Source of the DNA: Octopus sinensis
Lineage: Eukaryota
Length of the DNA stretch: 64,000 bases
Direction: 5' to 3'
Assembly (NCBI RefSeq): GCF_006345805.1
Contig: NC_042997.1
Coordinates: 203,794,001-203,858,000 of the forward strand
Each line of letters begins with the position of its first letter. Within the stretch, counting starts at the first letter, position 1. A program made the position numbers and the translations under genes. Shown here piece after piece: positions 61,209 to 64,000 of this stretch. Below the pieces are notes generated by a model. That model did no database searches. It saw only the letters and a program-made list of their open reading frames with translations, and had not been told where the DNA came from.

Positions 61209-63176
61209 GTTAAATGAAATGAGACAACAAAGACAAGGGTGTGTGGAATTTTCAGGACATTTATGAAGAGACGATGTGAGATGGTTAAATAGAAGGAAAT
61301 ATTAGTTATTTTTAAAAAGGAAGAAAGGAAGGAAATAAGGAGTATAGAATGAAATAGGAGAATGAATGTATGAAATACAAAGAAGAAAAAATATATAAAT
61401 ATTATATATATACACACAAGGGGAAGTAAAAAATTATCTGCATTTTGCCATAACATATCTTTATTATTGTCACACTGCCTTCTAAAATAATAATAATAAT
61501 GAAATTATTGTATACAGTGCTCAGGTGCACCACAACTTGCCAAAAGTGCGTATAAAGCATCTGCAGTAATGTACAAATGTCTGGGAAGTGAACAGTGTAT
61601 GAGTCAGATACATGTGTATGGAGGGGAGAAAATCAGGTGTAGTGTTGGCGAATCTCAGGAAGCATGGAAGTTTTGAAGGATGCAGTGCTCCGATAACTAA
61701 CAACTGATGCCGGCAGTTTGTTCCTTGCTTCAGCAACTCTCAGCGTGAAAAAATGTTTCCTGAAGTCATGGGAGCTGTGCTGTTTTCTTACTTTGTAAAT
61801 ATGTCCACGGGTGTTAGATGGGTGGAGTTTGAAAAGGTGCTCAGAGTTATTGTTTGTAAGATGGTTGATAATTTTATGGGTGTCTGCCAAGTCAGCTGCC
61901 AGACGTCAGAGTTTCAATGTGTCCATGCCCAGGGAAGTAGGGCGTTCAAGATATGGCAAATGCCTGATGGAAGGTATTCTTTTGGTTGCACGTCGCTGAA
62001 CAGCTTCCAGACGATTGATATCCTGGGCAAGATAGGGGTTCCAGACCGGTGATGCAAATTCCAGGTGAGGTCTTACCATAGCTATATAAAGCCGCAGATA
62101 GATAGCCGGAGAGCAGCTCACAAAGGATTTGGTGAGTGATGCCAAGCCACCCTCAGCCTTCTTGACAATTTTAGCGATGTGTTTTGTCCAACGCAAATCA
62201 CTGTCGACAATAACACCCAGGTCACTTCACATGAAGACTTTTTGAGACTAGTGTTGTGGAGGGAGTAGGTGGACGCTGGGTTTCTCCTCCCAAAATGTGC
62301 ATATGTGTTTATAATTGATACTCTTGAGGTCACATGATCGAAGTTTGAGTCTGATAGCACCATTTTTGTTTCTGGTTTTACAGTTTATGCATGGTTGCTC
62401 CACTAGCAATGTATACCAAAGAACAAAGAGCAGTGATCTGGTTTCTCTGGTTGGAAGGTGTGTCAGGTGCTGAAATACATCAGAGGCTTTTAGCACTATA
62501 TGGGGACAGTGCGCTGCTATGTAGAAGTGTGTATGAGTGGATTGAGAAGTTTAAAAGTGGCAAGTGTGATGCACGAAGACACCTGTCAACCTCCACCACT
62601 GACAAGAAGATTCAGCAAGCTCGAGAGGCTGTGATGGTGGACCAGCAAGCTATGATCGATGAGGTAGCTCATTCTCTGTAGATTAGTCATGGTCTGCCTA
62701 TCAAATCATCCACGATGAGCTCAGCTTCCATAAAGTCTGTGCAAGATGGGTGCCAAGAGATGTTGCTGCAGAGCACAAGCACAAATGTCTTGAAGCCTGC
62801 CAACGTTCACTTGATTGCTACAACAATGTGGGTAAAGGATTTTTGAGCAGAATAGTCACAGGAGATGAAACATGGGTCCATCATGGTGGAGGCAGAATCC
62901 CAAAGACAGAGTATGGAGTGGAAACAATAAAGAAGACAAATAGGAAACATGTCTACTTATTTCAGCTCTGAGATTCTTAATATTAAATGTGAGGGATTGA
63001 AGTTTTTATGGATATGGTTTCCTCATTCTTCGTTTTATAAGATTATTTTTCTTTTATTGCACAGTGTTTCGATGGAATCAATGGGAATGGAACTTGTAAA
63101 TGTAAAGAAGGCTTTGGTAAGGAAGCATGCAGGGGTTGTGCCGCTGATGATGTGTTTGGGCCCCAGTGTACTGAGA
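14073..63176 (+). CDS. STAB2: Stabilin-like (STAB1/STAB2 family) EGF + FAS1 scavenger receptor; partial, 19 exons joined
   Basis: 19 exons splice in frame (2028 nt). The conceptual protein follows the stabilin order: CPGG..NPC.G.G.C, laminin-EGF/EGF repeats, FAS1 (YTVFVP...ASNGLIHIV), FAS1 (ITVFLP...[14 protein letters not shown]), LVPHNCD...[28 protein letters not shown]2 versus STAB1 orthology is not resolvable here. Confidence 0.9.
15040..15430 (+). mobile_element. degenerate GIY-YIG-like (Penelope-like element) coding relic
   Basis: ..LCDRVQID....[14 protein letters not shown].. and ..[12 protein letters not shown].. resemble GIY-YIG R..QH and R...EA..I motifs; stops present. Confidence 0.4.
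15890..16057. repeat. (AGT)n/(AGC)n microsatellite
   Basis: seen directly; similar (ACT)n tracts at 19565-19645 and 19845-19975. Confidence 0.95.
18542..18608 (+). CDS. stabilin-like exon: [22 protein letters not shown]
   Basis: ttttcag acceptor, gtgaga donor, phase 0-1. Confidence 0.9.
18742..19418. mobile_element. internally deleted mariner element
   Basis: TA-flanked imperfect TIRs TACGAGGGGTACCCAAATAAAACCGGAA / TTCCGGTTACTTTAGGGCACCTCCTCGTA. Confidence 0.75.
20896..20991 (+). CDS. stabilin-like exon: (D)[31 protein letters not shown]
   Basis: tttcag acceptor, gtaaga donor, phase 1-1, EGF. Confidence 0.92.
22746..22961. repeat. foldback element, ~100-bp arms, 14-nt loop
   Basis: arms pair directly; inner half nearly perfect. 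Confidence 0.9.
23927..24110. repeat. G-rich minisatellite (GGTGGTAGTGGTTGGGT unit)
   Basis: seen directly. Confidence 0.9.
24761..24883 (+). CDS. stabilin-like exon: (E)[40 protein letters not shown]
   Basis: ttttcatag acceptor; six-Cys EGF; putative AG|GCAAGT donor, phase 1-1. Confidence 0.85.
26602..26801 (+). CDS. stabilin-like exon: (A)[66 protein letters not shown]
   Basis: ttttcag acceptor, gtaagt donor, phase 1-0, EGF repeats. Confidence 0.92.
27845..27887 (+). ncRNA. hammerhead-like motif, imperfect
   Basis: GUCG-CUGAAGA-G-GUCACA(GAUG)UGUGAC-GAAA-GAUUU-CC-CGAC; one extra nucleotide at the cleavage site. Confidence 0.55.
28267..28400 (+). CDS. stabilin-like exon: [44 protein letters not shown]
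   Basis: ttccag acceptor, gtaagt donor, phase 0-2. Confidence 0.92.
30704..30767 (+). CDS. stabilin-like exon: (L)[21 protein letters not shown]
   Basis: tttctttaag acceptor, gtaagt donor, phase 2-0. Confidence 0.9.
31185..32960 (-). mobile_element. RTE-clade LINE 3' fragments
   Basis: ORF relic [44 protein letters not shown] followed by the RTE-type 3' UTR and (GAT)n tail. Confidence 0.88.
33799..33963 (+). CDS. stabilin-like exon, start of FAS1-1: [10 protein letters not shown]...[21 protein letters not shown]
   Basis: cctcatag acceptor, gtaagt donor, FAS1 H1 motif YTVFVP. Confidence 0.9.
35948..36221. repeat. foldback element, ~115-bp arms, ending ~70 bp upstream of a FAS1 exon
   Basis: arms pair directly; shares a motif with 22746-22961. 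Confidence 0.9.
36290..36430 (+). CDS. stabilin-like exon, FAS1-1: [47 protein letters not shown]
   Basis: tttcag acceptor, AAG|gtaaaa donor, FAS1 HI and TLQG motifs. Confidence 0.85.
36685..37300. mobile_element. three tandem TTAA-CCC..GGG-TTAA (piggyBac-like) MITE copies
   Basis: TTAACCCTTTTG..CAAAAGGGTTA(A) ends; middle copy internally deleted; same family at 55760-55988. Confidence 0.75.
38951..39097 (+). CDS. stabilin-like exon, end of FAS1-1: [10 protein letters not shown]...[27 protein letters not shown]
   Basis: ttctag acceptor, gtaagt donor, FAS1 H2 motif. Confidence 0.92.
39870..40615 (+). mobile_element. mariner transposase pseudogene (5' two-thirds)
   Basis: [59 protein letters not shown]. 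Confidence 0.9.
40897..40959 (+). CDS. stabilin-like exon: [21 protein letters not shown]
   Basis: ttgtag acceptor, gtaagt donor, phase 0-0, fits the FAS1-2 N-terminal helix. Confidence 0.8.
43163..43276 (+). CDS. stabilin-like exon, FAS1-2: [38 protein letters not shown]
   Basis: ttacag acceptor, gtgaat donor, ITVFLP H1 motif. Confidence 0.85.
43590..44150 (+). mobile_element. mariner transposase pseudogene (3' part)
   Basis: [39 protein letters not shown]. Confidence 0.88.
45159..45202 (-). ncRNA. hammerhead motif, decayed copy of the 54.7-kb family
   Basis: - strand CUGAUGA-A-GGCUG...CAACC-GAAA-CAUU-GUG inside an internally deleted foldback (45115-45280). Confidence 0.5.
45370..45420 (+). 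CDS. stabilin-like exon: [17 protein letters not shown]
   Basis: ttgcag acceptor; LVKNHLL fits the FAS1 YH motif position; donor gtacaa is weak. Confidence 0.7.
45506..45906 (-). mobile_element. non-autonomous Helitron with an internal ~100-bp duplication
   Basis: same CTAG end and CCCGGCGTTGCTCGGG hairpin as 11343-11749. Confidence 0.78.
46271..46311 (+). ncRNA. decayed hammerhead motif
   Basis: GCAG-CUGAUGA-A-GCAU(AACA)AUGC-A-GAAA-UAUGUGU-C-UUAC; stems I and III eroded. Confidence 0.45.
46450..46745 (-). mobile_element. old tRNA-derived SINE
   Basis: - strand tRNA-like head then GTGTTCTTGAGCAAAACACTTCATTTC..ACTCAACTGTAAATGGGTAC. Confidence 0.6.
46965..47045 (+). CDS. stabilin-like exon: [27 protein letters not shown]
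   Basis: ctaccag acceptor, gtaagt donor, phase 0-0. Confidence 0.8.
47254..47289 (+). ncRNA. minimal hammerhead-like fold, core variant CUGUCGA
   Basis: CUUU-CUGUCGA-A-GAGC(GUAG)GCUC-GAAA-CGU-A-AAAG. Confidence 0.55.
47692..49968 (-). mobile_element. Penelope-like element relic with 190-bp inverted terminal repeats bearing hammerheads
   Basis: 47692-47881 is the reverse complement of 49779-49968; microsatellite-filled interior with a weak GIY-YIG-like relic near 48950-49030. Confidence 0.65.
49903..49953 (+). ncRNA. type I hammerhead ribozyme motif (mirror copy on - strand at 47707-47757)
   Basis: AGCUUC-CUGAAGA-UUUC(UCUU)GAAU-GAAA-CAG(UUCUAGUC)CUGU-A-GAAGCU: 6-bp stem I, 4-bp stem III, GUA site. 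Confidence 0.75.
49970..51420. repeat. (TA)n expanse with AATAAGT units and 8 copies of TTTGGAGAACGGACGTTAAACGAATGAT
   Basis: seen directly. Confidence 0.9.
51950..52105 (+). CDS. stabilin-like exon, end of FAS1-2: [52 protein letters not shown]
   Basis: tag acceptor, gtaagt donor, FAS1 H2 motif plus stabilin-type PHxCD. Confidence 0.9.
54496..54555 (+). CDS. stabilin-like exon: [20 protein letters not shown]
   Basis: ttgcag acceptor, gtaagt donor. Confidence 0.85.
54651..55066. mobile_element. foldback retroelement with hammerhead arms and tRNA-like loop
   Basis: arms ~54651-54804 and 54882-55035; flanking direct repeat ACTGTAATCATTTATA. Confidence 0.8.
54706..54751 (-). ncRNA. minimal type I hammerhead ribozyme motif (mirror copy on + strand at 54935-54980)
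   Basis: GACAC-CUGAUGA-A-GGCUG(GAGGGUAUAU)CAGCU-GAAA-CGU-U-GUGUU. Confidence 0.75.
55659..56530. mobile_element. TTAA-MITE carrying a nested TTAA-MITE (55760-55988) and a foldback (56092-56445)
   Basis: outer ends TTAACCTTTG / CAAAAGGGTTAA; body matches the relic at 51470-51730. Confidence 0.65.
56308..56363 (+). ncRNA. hammerhead-like fold with G3-C8 swapped core (GUGAACA)
   Basis: UUUGUCA-GUGAACA-G-GUUGU(GGUCUCAAA)GCGAC-GAAA-AUAUU-U-UGGCAAA; palindromic stem III AAUAUU. Confidence 0.6.
56569..56664 (+). CDS. stabilin-like exon: [32 protein letters not shown]
   Basis: tttctcag acceptor, gtaagt donor, GCxRxC motif. Confidence 0.88.
57556..57642 (+). CDS. stabilin-like exon: [29 protein letters not shown]
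   Basis: ttcag acceptor, gtaaat donor, stabilin CCxGFFGPxC..CPGG motif. Confidence 0.93.
58379..58434 (-). ncRNA. type I hammerhead ribozyme motif, canonical core
   Basis: - strand GUCU-CUGAUGA-UGGAAUAUCCCA(UACUC)UGGGAAAUCCCA-GAAA-CAGCUGU-A-AGAC; stem III palindrome ACAGCUGU. Confidence 0.78.
59619..59664 (+). ncRNA. hammerhead motif, third copy of the 54.7-kb family
   Basis: GACAC-CUGAAGA-A-GGCUG...CAGCC-GAAA-UGUU-AUGUU. Confidence 0.55.
60906..61130. repeat. foldback element with hammerhead motif, between (TA)n tracts
   Basis: arms pair with scattered mismatches. Confidence 0.88.
61031..61091 (+). ncRNA. type I hammerhead motif in the right arm of a foldback
   Basis: GAUAA-CUGAAGA-GAUG...CAUC-C-GAAA-CUUGGAGU-U-UUAUC; left arm implies ancestral stem III ACUC-G-GAGU. 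Confidence 0.65.
61488..62325 (-). mobile_element. CR1-clade LINE 3' fragment
   Basis: [48 protein letters not shown]; (ATT)n tail. Confidence 0.9.
62370..62930 (+). mobile_element. mariner transposase pseudogene (5' half)
   Basis: [29 protein letters not shown]; RWVPR; [15 protein letters not shown]. Confidence 0.9.
63065..63176 (+). CDS. stabilin-like exon: [37 protein letters not shown]
   Basis: gcacag acceptor, gtaagt donor, DGxxGNGTC motif. Confidence 0.92.
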
Positions 63177-63495
63177 GTAAGTATTAAATGAATTAATTAA
63201 TACTCCATGTTTACCATTAATGAGTATAAAATTACTCAAGATAGTTTTGGCAGTTATTTTGGTCCTGGGTGATGGCCACATCTGAGGGTATTGGTTTAAT
63301 CTGATTTTGCTTTAAATATTCTACTTGTTTTATTCAAAGCTAAGAATAAAGCAATCTCCATGAACCATTTCTAACCAATGTTTGAGGATTACATATTGGA
63401 GGGTTTATTAACCTGTTTTCATCCTTCATCAACTATTTCATACTGTTTCCTAAATGACCTGATATTATATTTATTGATTCTACTTTACAGAATTC

Positions 63496-63563
63496 ATGCA
63501 TACACATACATACATACATACATACATACATACATACATACATACATACATACATACATACAT

Positions 63564-63594
<31 letters not shown>

Positions 63595-63710
63595 TACACA
63601 TACATACATACAAACATACATACACACATACATACATACATACATACATACATACATACATACATACATACATGCATATGTACGTACATACATCAATACA
63701 CAAACATACA
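63496..63710. repeat. (CATA)n microsatellite, followed by a polypyrimidine tract at 63781-63940
   Basis: seen directly. Confidence 0.95.
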
Positions 63711-64000
63711 TTTATTCAGCTTCTCGATACACAAAACAATGAAATGAGTACAAATTTTCAAAAGGAAAATATTTACTACACTGCCTCCTCCTCCTCCTCC
63801 CCCCTCCCTCCCCCCTCCCTCCTCTCCCCTCCTCCTTCTCCTCCTCCTCTTCTTCTTCTTCTTCTTCTTCTTCTCTTCTTCTTCTCCATCATACCTCCTT
63901 CTCCCCTCCTCCTTTTCTACCATTATTCTTTCTCTCTCACTGTGCATGTGTGTGTACCTTTTCTTTGCTCATTGCCTGCCACCAAGCCTAGTATGCGTAC

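Overview
AT-rich, microsatellite- and SINE-dense eukaryotic DNA; the repeat landscape suggests an octopus/coleoid cephalopod (inference). The only host gene I can support is a + strand stabilin-like (STAB1/STAB2 family) scavenger receptor. Nineteen phase-compatible exons (14073-63176, 2028 nt, ~676 aa) encode an EGF/laminin-EGF cluster, two FAS1 domains and the start of a second EGF cluster. Both ends of the gene appear to lie outside the window, and one intron seems to use a GC donor. The introns hold tRNA-derived SINEs, RTE and CR1 LINE relics, mariner relics and MITEs, two Helitrons, TTAA-MITEs and an internally deleted Gypsy element with a CACAT target-site duplication (TSD). The main hidden signal is a collection of type I hammerhead-ribozyme folds of the Penelope-like-element (PLE) kind, about 9 sequence families in 64 kb. 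Many sit inside head-to-head foldbacks. They include a compensatory G3-C8 core swap, C4 and U6 core variants, and a family that joins a tRNA-like head to a hammerhead tail. All RNA folds were paired by eye and no activity is demonstrated.
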